DNA from: an uncultured archaeon
GTDB lineage: Archaea; Asgardarchaeota; Thorarchaeia; Thorarchaeales; Thorarchaeaceae
Assembly (NCBI GenBank): GCA_964610875.1
Contig: CAZSWP010000010.1
Span: 23,764 to 87,763, forward strand
Length of the DNA stretch: 64,000 nt
Reading direction: 5' to 3'
How positions within the stretch are numbered: position 1 is the first letter of the stretch; every line of letters starts with the position of its first letter. The position numbers and the translations under genes were made by a program. Positions 28,085-39,038 of this stretch are shown here, piece by piece. The notes under the pieces are model-generated. The model worked only from the letters and a program-made list of their open reading frames with translations. It was not told the DNA's origin and did no database searches.

Positions 28085-29413
28085 TTATGTGTTTCGGAGT
28101 CGTGACTGGGAACGCAATGGAACTGCTCCAACTATCCCTGGTCCTATTACAAATCTCCCCTCATTGAAGACAATGTTTCCTCCAACAATGGTCACTTCTG
28201 GTCTTGCAAGCACACGCCATCCTTCAAATGGTGTGATTTTACTTTTTGAGAAAAAGTCATTTCCTTTGATGTTCCATTCTTCTTTAGCAACAACAATGAT
28301 GTCCGCATCATAGCCTGGACTAAGAACTCCTTTTCCAGATAGTCCAAATATCCTAGCTGGACCTGATGAACACACACGAAGATACTCTACCCAAGAGAGT
28401 CGACCTTCAAACACCTCTGTTAAAATGAGTGGCACTGTGGTTTCCAGACCAGGGATACCTGGTTTTGCATCTAAAAATTGGGCTGTCTTCTCATTCTCTT
28501 TGTGTGGTGCATGGTCAGATGCAATAATATCAATTCCACAACAACTAAGAAACTCTCGTAATCCCGCATTATCTTTTTTCGTACGGAGTGGAGGTAACAT
28601 CTTTGCTCTACCATCTGATACTAAGAAATCATCTCCAGACAGTAACAGATGATGAGGAGTAACTTCCGCTGTCAATCTGTCTTCTGCTCTGTTGTCTGAT
28701 ATTAATTTGGCAGCATCAGAACAACTCACATGACATATATGGAGACGACCATCAATATCGGACTGAGCTTGAAGGAACATACGTATAGCTGCTATCTCAT
28801 TATCACAACTATATCTCTCAAGATACTCGTCTATCCCCTTCAAATCATGTTCATCATGTGGAATATCTGGATGTATGAGCAGTGGTCGGTCGAATCTCTT
28901 AGATAGCTTCGCACATTCCAAAGCCCTCTCTTTTGTAATCTCTGTTTCTGAATCCAATGGGGCATGAGGATACACCTTGAACCCCATGACCTGTCCTGCA
29001 AATGAAGAATCATATTCGCTTACATCTTTCGGAATCCCTGCATGGAATCCCACGTTTACAAAACGACTAAGCCGGGCTCGTACAATTTTTTCCTCTAGCA
29101 CATCTGCATTCAGTAAAGGTGGTGATGAGTTTGGCATATCTATTACAGTAGTAACACCACCAACTGCTGCAGCCTTTGTGCCAGTTTCAAAATCTTCCTT
29201 TTCTGATTGTTTCATATCGCGAAGATGGACATGTACATCTATAGCGCCAGGAAGTATGTATCTCCCACTGCAGTCAATGACATCCTTAGAATCAGGTTCA
29301 TTTCCTACCTCATAAATTCCTTCAATACTTCCTCCTCGTATAGACACTGACCTTTGTGTTTCCTTACCATTGAGGATTACAATACCATTACGCAAAGTGA
29401 TATCTACTGACAT
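28085..29413 (-). CDS. pyrC: Dihydroorotase (amidohydrolase family)
   Basis: DVHVHLR, GGVTTVIDMPN, EVTPHHL, PPLR, SDHAPH. Confidence 0.85.
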   Translation of the reverse strand: MSVDITLRNGIVILNGKETQRSVSIRGGSIEGIYEVGNEPDSKDVIDCSGRYILPGAIDVHVHLRDMKQSEKEDFETGTKAAAVGGVTTVIDMPNSSPPLLNADVLEEKIVRARLSRFVNVGFHAGIPKDVSEYDSSFAGQVMGFKVYPHAPLDSETEITKERALECAKLSKRFDRPLLIHPDIPHDEHDLKGIDEYLERYSCDNEIAAIRMFLQAQSDIDGRLHICHVSCSDAAKLISDNRAEDRLTAEVTPHHLLLSGDDFLVSDGRAKMLPPLRTKKDNAGLREFLSCCGIDIIASDHAPHKENEKTAQFLDAKPGIPGLETTVPLILTEVFEGRLSWVEYLRVCSSGPARIFGLSGKGVLSPGYDADIIVVAKEEWNIKGNDFFSKSKITPFEGWRVLARPEVTIVGGNIVFNEGRFVIGPGIVGAVPLRSQSRLRNT

Positions 29414-29462
29414 CTGTAATCATCGCCGTCCTGTTGTAGGAGGGAAGAGGTGGTATGATTAT

Positions 29463-30293
29463 TTAGTCGCTCTCTGGAACCTTAAACTTGTTGGCTATAA
29501 AACGAGTTATGTCAGTTGAGGTGATGATGCCAATTAACTTGTTACCTTCCCCAACTACTGGTATTGTATTGATGCTGTTTTCTAGCATCATCTCCGCTGC
29601 CTTGGATATACTGCTACCTATTTCTATCAATGGGGGCTGCTGCAACATTGCATCAACGACACGGATTTTTTTGACCTGGTTTGCCCTATGTTTATCGGGC
29701 ACTTCTACTGTGAACCGTGCCATTGCTTCAGCAACCATTCTCTCAGTCAAGAGACCTAGGACTCGTGCTCCGTCAGTTACTGGTATACCTGATATTCCTC
29801 TGTTTAGCAATTCCAGACGAGCTTTAATGAGTCGATCTACTGGGTTCACAATTAGTATTCCATCAGTGGTCATCAAATCATCGACTTTAATCTCTTCAAA
29901 TTTCCGTACCAATTCAATGAGCTGTGTCTTTGTTATCATGCCGACCAATTTGTCTTCTTCGTCAATGACGGGACATCCACTCATCTCACGTTCAAGCATC
30001 AATTGTGCCACATTTATTACATCATCATCCTGTGATACTGAAATGACTGTATCACTCATCGCACTTGAAACATGTAGGCGCGAGATTGAGATAGCTACAA
30101 CTTTACTAACACCCAATCGATCAGCGATATCTGCATAAGTCAAAATCCCTTGGATTTCATCATCTTGCATGACAATCAGTCTGTCTGTCTTCTTTTTCTC
30201 AAGTAGGTCAAGTGCATAGGACAATCTTTGGTCCTTGTCAATAGTCACAGCCTCAACCATAATCTGTTTGACTTCCAATTCATGAGCCTCCAA
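29463..30293 (-). CDS. Four-CBS-domain protein
   Basis: Repeated CBS motifs (PV.D....LVG.IT). Confidence 0.88.
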   Translation of the reverse strand: MEAHELEVKQIMVEAVTIDKDQRLSYALDLLEKKKTDRLIVMQDDEIQGILTYADIADRLGVSKVVAISISRLHVSSAMSDTVISVSQDDDVINVAQLMLEREMSGCPVIDEEDKLVGMITKTQLIELVRKFEEIKVDDLMTTDGILIVNPVDRLIKARLELLNRGISGIPVTDGARVLGLLTERMVAEAMARFTVEVPDKHRANQVKKIRVVDAMLQQPPLIEIGSSISKAAEMMLENSINTIPVVGEGNKLIGIITSTDITRFIANKFKVPESD

Positions 30294-30343
30294 TCAACAA
30301 TGTCGATAATGTATTATCTGTGGTTTTTTATATTCACCAGCTA

Positions 30344-30904
30344 CTATCTACACTCTTCGCAGAGATATCTCCCATCTTCAAAGATGAGTTCTGTTGAGTA
30401 TTCTCCACAACTATCGCAGATTCCTCCCATCTCAAGAAGCTCATCTTCTTCTTCACGAGGCATTTCATCTCGTTCATCGCGAAGTCTTAGTGACTCAACT
30501 AATACATCAATAAGTTCTGGTGACCATCGCAATATGTCTCTTGAAGTAACAATTCCAACTAGTGAATCGTTTTTTAGTACAACTACCCGACGGATGTTAC
30601 TCTTTGCCATGATTCGCATAGCATCGGTTAGAGGTGTGTTCGGAGTAACGTGAAAGAGAGGTGAACTCATAACCTCACGAACGCTCGTACTTTCTGAATC
30701 GCGTTTCTCTGCAATTACTCGTCGGACAATATCTGCTTCTGTGATAATACCTACCGGACGTTCTCCATCTACAATGACAATAGAACCTAGATCCATTTCG
30801 CTCATTAATTTAGCAACCTGAAGTATTGAAGCATCAGGTGCCATTGTTATGACATTGACTGCCATGATGTCTTTGATGGCCATCGAATGAGTGTGATTTG
30901 ACAT
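30344..30904 (-). CDS. CBS-pair protein with C-terminal zinc ribbon
   Basis: Two CBS domains; GICDSCG...YLCEEC. Confidence 0.88.
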   Translation of the reverse strand: MSNHTHSMAIKDIMAVNVITMAPDASILQVAKLMSEMDLGSIVIVDGERPVGIITEADIVRRVIAEKRDSESTSVREVMSSPLFHVTPNTPLTDAMRIMAKSNIRRVVVLKNDSLVGIVTSRDILRWSPELIDVLVESLRLRDERDEMPREEEDELLEMGGICDSCGEYSTELIFEDGRYLCEECR

Positions 30905-30981
30905 TAGAACGACCTCTACCCCAAATAGCTGGTCTGATGTTCTTCACTTTCTAGGTTAGTTCTTAAATGTGTCTGTAGCAC

Positions 30982-33003
30982 TCAATCATCTAGCAGCTGT
31001 CCATTCCCAGGGGGTAGTACTCTCATTAGTTCTTCCTGTGTGATATTTGCGACCATTTGAGCTTTCTCGTCAGAAAGCTTTGATTTCAAACGAACCATAA
31101 TCTCCTTTATCAAGTCACCTTTCTTTTCATTCCCTGGACCCACTCTGACAAAAGATTCACAGTGCTTCTCTATTGCAGGTAAAGGTCCAGACATCGGAAT
31201 TGCATAATCCTCATCAAAAAACACACCTACTGCTAACTCTACGGGTTGGTTTCTGATGTAATTCTTTGTACCATACAACATCACTGCACCTGAAGGAAGA
31301 TATTCTCCCGAAGGTGGAGTGAAACTCACCTGTTCTGGATTCAACCAGAAGGCATCACCACTGGTGAATCCGTCTTGCCACGCTCGAGAAAATGTCACTG
31401 CAAATTGAGCAGCCTCTTCAAGTGTTGTTTCTCCTGGTTCAGTATCAGGCACCTTCACAATCACATATGGTGCTCCATGAATTGATGCGTGTAAGAAGAC
31501 ATCATTTGCATTCATGTGCCTCTTTGCCAAGCGCTCATTAGTTCGTGCGTCCCTCCCACCCAGAATTAAATAACCCTCAGATGATTTGAACCATCTATAC
31601 TTCTCGTACCATTTTTTCTTGCGAATTCTTACTGGTTCTATTGTTGTTTCAGGCTCAACATAGCTCTCTTCAAGACTTTCCAATTTTGTTTTTGTCTTTT
31701 CAATTTGTGTCTTAGCGCCTTTGATTTTACTACGAGATTTCTTTGACTGTTCATAGGCCTTTGCAGCGTTATCTTGTGCACTGAGTCTGATATCTAATCC
31801 TACATCAACATCGCCTAGTTGAATCACTATCTCTGCTTGTGAGGGCAAAATGCTTTGAATCATCATGGCTGATTCATTACCCTCTTTTTTGCCTTCTTCA
31901 ATCCGTTTCATAATCTCGGACCATGATCGTCCGTTTGTTCTTGCAGCGGTAACAGTATCCAGTACTTCCTGAACAGTCTGAAAATGGGAATAAATCAAAT
32001 CTCCTTTCTTCTGCATCTCTTCAGCTTTTCTCTCAAGTCTATCAATACTCTCCCGTTGTTTGTCAACAATTCTCTGGAGACGTTCTCGCTCTTTCTCAAA
32101 ACCGCTCTTTTCTTTTTGTTCTTCAAGCTCTCTCTCAGGAACACCATAGTATTCATCTATTGCTCTACTAAACGTATCAAATTCCTCGGACTCAAATTCA
32201 TTGTAGAGTGCAAAATCAAAGGGAACGAATGCAACCTTTTCCTCCTCTTGCTCATCACTCTCTTCCAAGATGATTAATGGCTCTTTTACTCCTCTCCGCA
32301 GTCGTGATATGAACTCCTTTACTCCCATATCCAAATCTGCAATTACTTGATCATCCAATTCGGATGCTTTCAATGTGGGGTTTATACCTGCTAGTTTACA
32401 AATCTCCTCACAACTGATAGCATCAAGATTCAATCTAGAAGCAAGAGTTCTTACTACATTTGCTTTCGAATCGTCCATTATAGATTTGACCGAGATAGCA
32501 TCCTCGGAGAGTATGTCTTTACCTCTTGGGGGTGGAAATTCATACTCTGCCTTTGGAACAATGTCACGGTCTCTCATCTTCTTATAGTGCTTGGCGACAA
32601 AAATACTGTCATCTGGATTTAGTAATAGCAAATTACCACTGCCGAATAGTTCTGCTACAAGCTTATGGGACTCGTTTTCATCCCCCACCTCAAATACTAT
32701 GATACGATCAAAATCATGTTGATGCACACTTAGAATACGTCTATCACGAATATATTTTCTCAAGACAGAACAAAACTTGGGTGGCATTCTTGGTGGGACT
32801 CGACGAAAATCAGTAAGGTGCACTCTACGTCCCGGTTCTATCAGAAGCTGTGTTGTCCCTCCTGATGGTTGGTACAGTTTTAAAACAAAGACATTTCCAA
32901 ATTGATACACGTTCTTGATGAATGCTCCTTCACCAGCTTCTCTGATTTCAGGTAGTATCAAGCGTATGTCGATGTTGCTCATTGAGTCCTTCATTTCACT
33001 CAT
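30982..33003 (-). CDS. rqcH: Ribosome quality control factor Rqc2/NEMF (RqcH) homolog
   Basis: DRII NFACT-N, ELFG.GN, KWYEKYRWF.SS, GGRDA..NE, HA..HGA, SGEYL..G. Confidence 0.92.
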   Translation of the reverse strand: MSEMKDSMSNIDIRLILPEIREAGEGAFIKNVYQFGNVFVLKLYQPSGGTTQLLIEPGRRVHLTDFRRVPPRMPPKFCSVLRKYIRDRRILSVHQHDFDRIIVFEVGDENESHKLVAELFGSGNLLLLNPDDSIFVAKHYKKMRDRDIVPKAEYEFPPPRGKDILSEDAISVKSIMDDSKANVVRTLASRLNLDAISCEEICKLAGINPTLKASELDDQVIADLDMGVKEFISRLRRGVKEPLIILEESDEQEEEKVAFVPFDFALYNEFESEEFDTFSRAIDEYYGVPERELEEQKEKSGFEKERERLQRIVDKQRESIDRLERKAEEMQKKGDLIYSHFQTVQEVLDTVTAARTNGRSWSEIMKRIEEGKKEGNESAMMIQSILPSQAEIVIQLGDVDVGLDIRLSAQDNAAKAYEQSKKSRSKIKGAKTQIEKTKTKLESLEESYVEPETTIEPVRIRKKKWYEKYRWFKSSEGYLILGGRDARTNERLAKRHMNANDVFLHASIHGAPYVIVKVPDTEPGETTLEEAAQFAVTFSRAWQDGFTSGDAFWLNPEQVSFTPPSGEYLPSGAVMLYGTKNYIRNQPVELAVGVFFDEDYAIPMSGPLPAIEKHCESFVRVGPGNEKKGDLIKEIMVRLKSKLSDEKAQMVANITQEELMRVLPPGNGQLLDD

Positions 33004-33069
33004 ATCGGGTAACCGAGCGTTTTATAACATGTCGTTTGACGAATTGCAATAATACTCAGGTGGTTATCG

Positions 33070-33447
33070 ATGCAAGTTACACGAAATATAGTCCAACGAC
33101 TGTTTTCCAGATGGGAGGATAGTCCCAATGACCAGCAGTATTATGTAAAGATGCTATTCGCAATTCTAAGCGCTATCGTGTGTGGCGTTGCTGGCCCAGC
33201 TTTTGCAGGACTCCGTGGCTTGCTTTTTGGCACACTTGTTTATATTCTGAGTCTTTATGTTGTTGTATATATTCTTGAGATAGATCCAGAAGAGCTTGGT
33301 GGTCGTCAGAAGCTGATTACCGGAACTCTACCTTCTTATCTATTGCTTTGGGTACTTCTTTGGACAGTACTTTATGCGTTCACTCTTCCTCCTGAAATCA
33401 TTGAGAATCTCAGATTTGTGACGGATGCTATACATATGGGATTGTGA
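33070..33447 (+). CDS. EMC6/Rab5ip-like small membrane protein
   Basis: Three TM helices; G..G.F.G and SYLLLW...WT..Y resemble the EMC6 pattern. Confidence 0.55.
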   Translation: MQVTRNIVQRLFSRWEDSPNDQQYYVKMLFAILSAIVCGVAGPAFAGLRGLLFGTLVYILSLYVVVYILEIDPEELGGRQKLITGTLPSYLLLWVLLWTVLYAFTLPPEIIENLRFVTDAIHMGL

Positions 33448-33601
33448 AATTCTCAGGAAATTCAAGATATTGGAGTCTAATTGCCAAAAATATCATTCCT
33501 CTCTCAGGTAGCAAATCTAATATCGGCAAATATCGCAACAATATAAAATGAACTTGCGAATCACGCAATCCTTAATAAACAAAACTCTCTACTATCAAGT
33601 C

Positions 33602-34084
33602 ATGTCTGAGGAACTTGATAAACTAGACCAACAGATTCTTGGGATTTTACAAAAGGATGCAAGAGCCGCATTTACCAAAATTGCTCAGGAATTAGACCAA
33701 CCTGATACAACAATCCATTTCCGAACAAAGCGATTACAAGAGAGGAACGTTATCAATAGGTTCAGCGCCTTAGTGAGACCGGAAGCCTTGGGCTATAATA
33801 CTGCAGCCATATTTAGGATAGAAATTGGTGGACATATCCTTCCTGACATAAGTAAAGAACGTACTCGTACTTTTGCTGAAGAGCTTTCAAAACAAGAAGA
33901 GTATCTTTGGATTGCAATAGATGAAGAACCAATGATTGTACATGCTTTAGTGATGGGTACTGGTTCCGAGGATATAGATATCAGGCGCGAAGCACTGACT
34001 GATTCCCCTGATGTTAAGAATGTGATAATCATTCCCATTAGCAAACTAGTGAAAGGTTGGGAAATCAGCGGAAACCCAGAATGA
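33602..34084 (+). CDS. Lrp/AsnC transcriptional regulator
   Basis: LDKLDQQIL..LQ.DAR..F..IA..L HTH; start ATG 33602. Confidence 0.9.
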   Translation: MSEELDKLDQQILGILQKDARAAFTKIAQELDQPDTTIHFRTKRLQERNVINRFSALVRPEALGYNTAAIFRIEIGGHILPDISKERTRTFAEELSKQEEYLWIAIDEEPMIVHALVMGTGSEDIDIRREALTDSPDVKNVIIIPISKLVKGWEISGNPE

Positions 34085-34806
34085 GAGTTGACACCCCAAT
34101 GACGAAAATCAAAACAGGAATACCCGGGTTCGACGAATTAGTTGAAGGTGGGTTTGTACCCGGATCAACAATCCTGCTCTCTGGCCAAGCTGGAACTGGA
34201 AAGAGTATATTTGGACTACAATTTCTCTACGAGGGTGCAAACACCTACAATGAGCCCGGTATTCTAATTACACTTGAAACAAGACCCAATCAAATTCACA
34301 AAGAAGCAGAACAATTTGGATGGAATCTAGTAGATTTGGTGAAAGATGGCAAATTTGTAATCATAGATGCAGCTTCTAGCAAAGCTGGTCTACCCACCTC
34401 TGAAAAATATGCGTTGAGAAGAGGTTTTGATATGACCCAGCTAGCTGAAATAATATACAAAGCTGTAGATGAATATAGAGTTCGACGGCTTGTATTAGAT
34501 TGCATCTCTGGTCTTACACTCAGATTCAGTGAACCCGGTTCTGTTCGACAAGAATTGCATAGGATTTCCTCTCTTCTAAATGAGCTCGGGGTCACCTCCA
34601 TATTCATCAGTGAAATCAATGATCCAGATGCACATAGTCGCATAGGCGAAGAGGAGTTTGTAGCTCACGGACTTATCCTCCTTAAACTCAAGGAAACAAG
34701 TAATGAACTTCAGAGAGGCCTCCTCATCTGGAAGATGCGTCAAAGAGCACATAGCATGAAGCGTCACAAGTTCAGCATCGGGTCAAAAGGAATTGTAGTA
34801 GACTGA
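34081..34806 (+). CDS. KaiC/RAD55-like RecA-superfamily ATPase
   Basis: TGIPGFD...GG, GQAGTGKS, RLVLD, KMR. Confidence 0.9.
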   Translation: MRVDTPMTKIKTGIPGFDELVEGGFVPGSTILLSGQAGTGKSIFGLQFLYEGANTYNEPGILITLETRPNQIHKEAEQFGWNLVDLVKDGKFVIIDAASSKAGLPTSEKYALRRGFDMTQLAEIIYKAVDEYRVRRLVLDCISGLTLRFSEPGSVRQELHRISSLLNELGVTSIFISEINDPDAHSRIGEEEFVAHGLILLKLKETSNELQRGLLIWKMRQRAHSMKRHKFSIGSKGIVVD

Positions 34807-34822
34807 ATCCTGACGAAAGATA

Positions 34823-35317
34823 TCATAGAAATGCTAGAAGTTGAAGGAGTATATATCCCAGCATAAGGAATGGAATCAATGGTGTTATTTTGGAATCTCT
34901 TTCTCTTTGGCTCTGTGCAATAGTTGAGTAAATGTAACCTCCAAGCAACATCACAAAAATTGGAAATAACACTCCTAGAACCCCCTCCAGAATGACCATT
35001 TCCCATGATGAGAATTCAATTCCAGGACTTGTGATAGTAATGACTACCAGTGACTTTGCATCAGCTCCTCCTATGGACTCCATTTTGAACAAAAATATCA
35101 CTAAAGGTACTACGATGAAAACTGCGGTGACATGAACATACAGATACTCAACCAGATGGCCTGAAACCACTATGACCATAAATCCAATAATTCCTGCTGC
35201 AATTACGAATGCATTCTCAATCCTTCGTTGTCTGAGGTCTAGAACGGAAAAAATTCCAAGAATAAAAATACCCGTCAGAAAACAGGCTATATTTGAAATT
35301 GTGACCTCAAAGACCAT
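34823..35317 (-). CDS. A24 prepilin/prearchaellin peptidase
   Basis: DL..R.I.N and GGAD.K aspartates; P.IPF. Confidence 0.8.
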   Translation of the reverse strand: MVFEVTISNIACFLTGIFILGIFSVLDLRQRRIENAFVIAAGIIGFMVIVVSGHLVEYLYVHVTAVFIVVPLVIFLFKMESIGGADAKSLVVITITSPGIEFSSWEMVILEGVLGVLFPIFVMLLGGYIYSTIAQSQRERDSKITPLIPFLMLGYILLQLLAFL

Positions 35318-35462
35318 CTGAATTCCTCAGTCTATTTCTGTATACACTATCGTATATACTCATTCTATTTTGTCCAAGAGTAACACAGATTAAGCACCGA
35401 TTAGCCACTCTGTTTCTTGTGGGACAGTAGTTCCGTATGACCAAGTGGAAGAAGATGGTATA

Positions 35463-36350
35463 ATGAAGGACCCTATGCAAGTCATTCACAACACAACCTA
35501 TAGGCTTTTGAAAATGGCAGCAACAAAATTGCCTGCTGATATTGAGAAGGCTTTGAGGGATGCGCACAAGCACGAAACCGATGAAACTGCGAAGACGCAG
35601 TTAGGAGCAATTATCGAAAACATAGAGATAGCTGAAACTGGCATTCCCATGTGCCAAGATACAGGTATAATGATCTTTTACGTGAAGGTCGGTGATAAGT
35701 TCCCCTTCATTGGTGAAATAGAAGCCGGTATCAAAGGTGGTACAATTAAGGCTACAAAAGAGGTACCTCTGCGTCCAAACGCAGTGAATCCTATTATAGG
35801 TGGCAACTCTGGCGATAACACAGGCAAGAAGATACCATGGATAAACTGGGAGATAGTTCCTGGTGATTCATTGGAAATCACAGCATTTCCAAAGGGCGGT
35901 GGGAGTGAAAATGTTTCCATCGTTGGAATGTTGAAACCAGGTGTTGGCCTAACTGGAGTGAAGAAACTCGTTGTTGATAACGCTATGAACTACATGGGAA
36001 AGGCATGTGCTCCAAACATCATAGGTATTGGCATTGGCGGTGGTGCTGACATTGCTATTAAGATTGCCAAACAACAGCTCCAACGTCCATTGGATGATTC
36101 ACATCCAGAACCAGAAGTGGCTGAAATTGAGAACCAGATTATGGAGGCAATCAATTCCTCAGGAATTGGCCCCATGGGTCTTGGTGGAGCAATCACAGTA
36201 CTAGGTGTGAAAGTAGACTACGCAATGCGCCATCCTGCAAGTCTGCCTGTTGGTGTAGCAGTGCAATGCTGGGCAGCAAGGAAGAGTACTGCGGTGATAT
36301 CTAAAGACCTCGATGTTGAATACATTACACATCCGCTGGAGGCGAAATAA
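35463..36350 (+). CDS. Class I fumarate hydratase, alpha subunit
   Basis: PMCQDTG, PLRPN, KGGGSEN, GKAC, CWA. Confidence 0.92.
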   Translation: MKDPMQVIHNTTYRLLKMAATKLPADIEKALRDAHKHETDETAKTQLGAIIENIEIAETGIPMCQDTGIMIFYVKVGDKFPFIGEIEAGIKGGTIKATKEVPLRPNAVNPIIGGNSGDNTGKKIPWINWEIVPGDSLEITAFPKGGGSENVSIVGMLKPGVGLTGVKKLVVDNAMNYMGKACAPNIIGIGIGGGADIAIKIAKQQLQRPLDDSHPEPEVAEIENQIMEAINSSGIGPMGLGGAITVLGVKVDYAMRHPASLPVGVAVQCWAARKSTAVISKDLDVEYITHPLEAK

Positions 36351-36351
36351 T

Positions 36352-36960
36352 ATGGCTGAATATCATTTTACTACTCCCATCTCTGAAGAAGATGCTAGAA
36401 AACTGAAAGCTGGTGATATTGTCTATGTCACCGGTGAACATGTCTACACAGCACGTGATGAGGCTCATGAACGTGCACTTGAGATGTTCGAAAATGGTGA
36501 AACGCCCCCCGTTGATTTCGAAGGTAGTGTTATCTACCACGTAGGTCCTGTTGCTTGGCAGAAAGATGGAAAATGGGTAATTGTTTCTGCAGGCCCAACT
36601 ACTAGTATTCGTATGGAACTTTTTGAAGACGACTTTCTCCGCAAATACAAAGCACGTATCATTATTGGAAAAGGCGGCATGGGTGCAAAGACTTTGAAGG
36701 CACTGGGAGAAGTGGGTGCTGTCTATTGCAGCTTTACTGGTGGCTGTGGCGCACTCGCTGCAAAGGGACTCAAAGAAGTGAGAGCCTATGAATGGCAAGA
36801 CCTTGGGATGCCTGAAGCACTCTGGGTCATCACAGCTGAGAAATTCGGTCCGCTCTTAGTTACTATGGACTCTCATGGAAACAGTATCCATGATGATATG
36901 GACAAGAAAGTGGCTGAGAAGAAAGCAGAGATCTATACGAAAATAGGAGTGAAGGAGTAA
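36352..36960 (+). CDS. Class I fumarate hydratase, beta subunit
   Basis: TARDEAH, GPTTS.RM, GKGGM, DLGMPEA. Confidence 0.92.
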   Translation: MAEYHFTTPISEEDARKLKAGDIVYVTGEHVYTARDEAHERALEMFENGETPPVDFEGSVIYHVGPVAWQKDGKWVIVSAGPTTSIRMELFEDDFLRKYKARIIIGKGGMGAKTLKALGEVGAVYCSFTGGCGALAAKGLKEVRAYEWQDLGMPEALWVITAEKFGPLLVTMDSHGNSIHDDMDKKVAEKKAEIYTKIGVKE

Positions 36961-37328
36961 TCTAATACAATCTGGCGGCGGACAAATCCGTCTGCCCCTC
37001 TCATTTCTAGTAGTTACTCTTCTATTACCCGCCAAGTGCTGACAATATTGGTACTGATATTCCATATGCCGCTACTATCAAAAGCACCAACACAGCAAAT
37101 ACCATGATTGCTTGTTCAATATCCATATGTACTACTCCCGACAATGTCCAATCCACATAAAGTCGACATATTAGCATATTCCCGAGATAATATAATCATT
37201 TTCTCTACAGCATTCACATCGCGCGAAATCATCAATCACTCTTGGTGTTTTAGTCGAACAGTAACTCTTAAACGGTGTATTTTGTGCGGGGGACTTGTCT
37301 GAGACAAAACTCCCTTGGAGGAAAACCG

Positions 37329-39026
37329 TTGGAACAACTCCCCTACAAGACGATATTGTGTGATGTTCTCGTAGTCGGTGCTGGTGGCGCTGGTTGTCGT
37401 GCTGCTATTGAAGCAACAAAGCACAATCTTGATGTCATTATGATAAGCAAAGAACTCCTCGGTAAAGCACACACTGCTATGGCTGAGGGGGGTTACAATG
37501 TATCACTAGGAAACGTTGACCCTAAAGACGATGTTGAAACCCACTTCAAAGACACAATCGTTGGTGGCAACTACCTGAACAACCAAGACCTCGCACACAT
37601 TCTGGTGGAGAATGCGGCCGATTGCATCTATGACCTTGAAGACATGGGTGCTGTATTCGACCGGACTCCTGAAGGCAAGATTGCCCAGAGACCTTTCGGT
37701 AAGCAGAGCTGGCGACGGACTGCCTATGCTTCTGATAGGACGGGGTCTGAAATCATGGTCACCTTAACAGAAGCCATCAGAAAGACCTCTGTAAGGGTGT
37801 TTGATGAGGTATTCGCGACAAAGATTCTTGTCAAAGATGGAAGGGTGGCTGGTGTATGCGCTGTGGACTTGAAGTATGGTGACTATATTGTATTCAGAGC
37901 AAAGTCTATTGTCATGGCTACTGGTGGTGCAGGACGAATCTACAAGGTCACCTCAAACGCCCAACTCGATGTTGGTGACGGTTATGCTATGGCCTATGAA
38001 GCCGGCGCAGAACTCATTGACATGGAAATGGTGCAATTCCATCCAACATCGCAAGTTTTTCCTGAATCCGCTAAAGGCAAACTGGTCACTGAAGCAGTAC
38101 GTGGAGAGGGTGGAATCCTGCTCAACAATAAGGGCGAGCGGTTCATGAACAAATACTATCCTGAAGTCATGGAGCTAGCTGGCCGTGACCAAGTGGCACG
38201 GTCGATCATGACAGAAGTACTTGAAGGTCGTGGCTCACCAAACGGTGGAGCTTATCTAAGTATTTCTCACCTGCCAAAAAGAATTGTTGAGTTCCGGTTG
38301 GAGAGCATGATAGAACAGTTTGAAGACGCTGGTGTTGACATTCGTGACGAACCCATGGAAGTTTCACCAACTGCACATCACTTCATGGGTGGTATCAAAA
38401 TTGATACCAATTCTGAATCTACCATTCCTGGGATGTATGCATCCGGCGAGTGTACCGGAGGAGTACATGGTGGAAACCGACTCGGAGGAAATGCCCTTGC
38501 AGACACACAGGTGTTCGGAGCCTTATCTGGAAAGAACGCTGCGGAGTTTTCAAAGAAACATGCACACACTGGAATAGACAAAGATACTGTTCAGAAGGAA
38601 TTCCAGCGACTAGAAGCCATGCTCGAACGAAAAGAAGGAATTTCACCTTCCGAAGCTCGTAAAGAGTTAACAGAACTCATGTGGAGCAAAGTACAGATTT
38701 TTAGAAATGAAGAAGATATGGCATACGCTGTGAAAGAACTGAAGCGCATTGAGAAAGAAGTAGTTCCAAAGATCAAAGTTGATGTTGATGAGAAGCGCTT
38801 CAATCCTGGTTGGCATCAAGCACTTGAATTCGAACACATGGTCCTTACTGCAAGAATGGTAGCAGAAGCAGCATTCATGAGAAAAGGAAATCGTGGTGCT
38901 CACTATCGTGTAGATGCTGATCCTAAAGATAAGGGATACTTCAATATCATCATCAAAAAGAACAAGGATGGCGAGATGGAACTCTCAAAACAAGACGTTG
39001 TCGTCACAAAGATAGAACTGCCATGA
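37329..39026 (+). CDS. tfrA: Thiol:fumarate reductase flavoprotein subunit (TfrA/SdhA family)
   Basis: GAGGAG, T.MAEGG, QFHPT, EAVRGEGG, HHFMGG, HGGNRLGGNAL; TTG start with GGAGG RBS. Confidence 0.85.
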   Translation: MEQLPYKTILCDVLVVGAGGAGCRAAIEATKHNLDVIMISKELLGKAHTAMAEGGYNVSLGNVDPKDDVETHFKDTIVGGNYLNNQDLAHILVENAADCIYDLEDMGAVFDRTPEGKIAQRPFGKQSWRRTAYASDRTGSEIMVTLTEAIRKTSVRVFDEVFATKILVKDGRVAGVCAVDLKYGDYIVFRAKSIVMATGGAGRIYKVTSNAQLDVGDGYAMAYEAGAELIDMEMVQFHPTSQVFPESAKGKLVTEAVRGEGGILLNNKGERFMNKYYPEVMELAGRDQVARSIMTEVLEGRGSPNGGAYLSISHLPKRIVEFRLESMIEQFEDAGVDIRDEPMEVSPTAHHFMGGIKIDTNSESTIPGMYASGECTGGVHGGNRLGGNALADTQVFGALSGKNAAEFSKKHAHTGIDKDTVQKEFQRLEAMLERKEGISPSEARKELTELMWSKVQIFRNEEDMAYAVKELKRIEKEVVPKIKVDVDEKRFNPGWHQALEFEHMVLTARMVAEAAFMRKGNRGAHYRVDADPKDKGYFNIIIKKNKDGEMELSKQDVVVTKIELP

Positions 39027-39038
39027 GAGGAATCAAAG

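Noticed and set aside
34081-35317. KaiC-like ATPase beside a prepilin peptidase as an archaellum/pilus or clock locus
   Set aside because: The genes are convergent, there are no pilin, ArlI/J or kaiB genes nearby, and both families are common in archaea.
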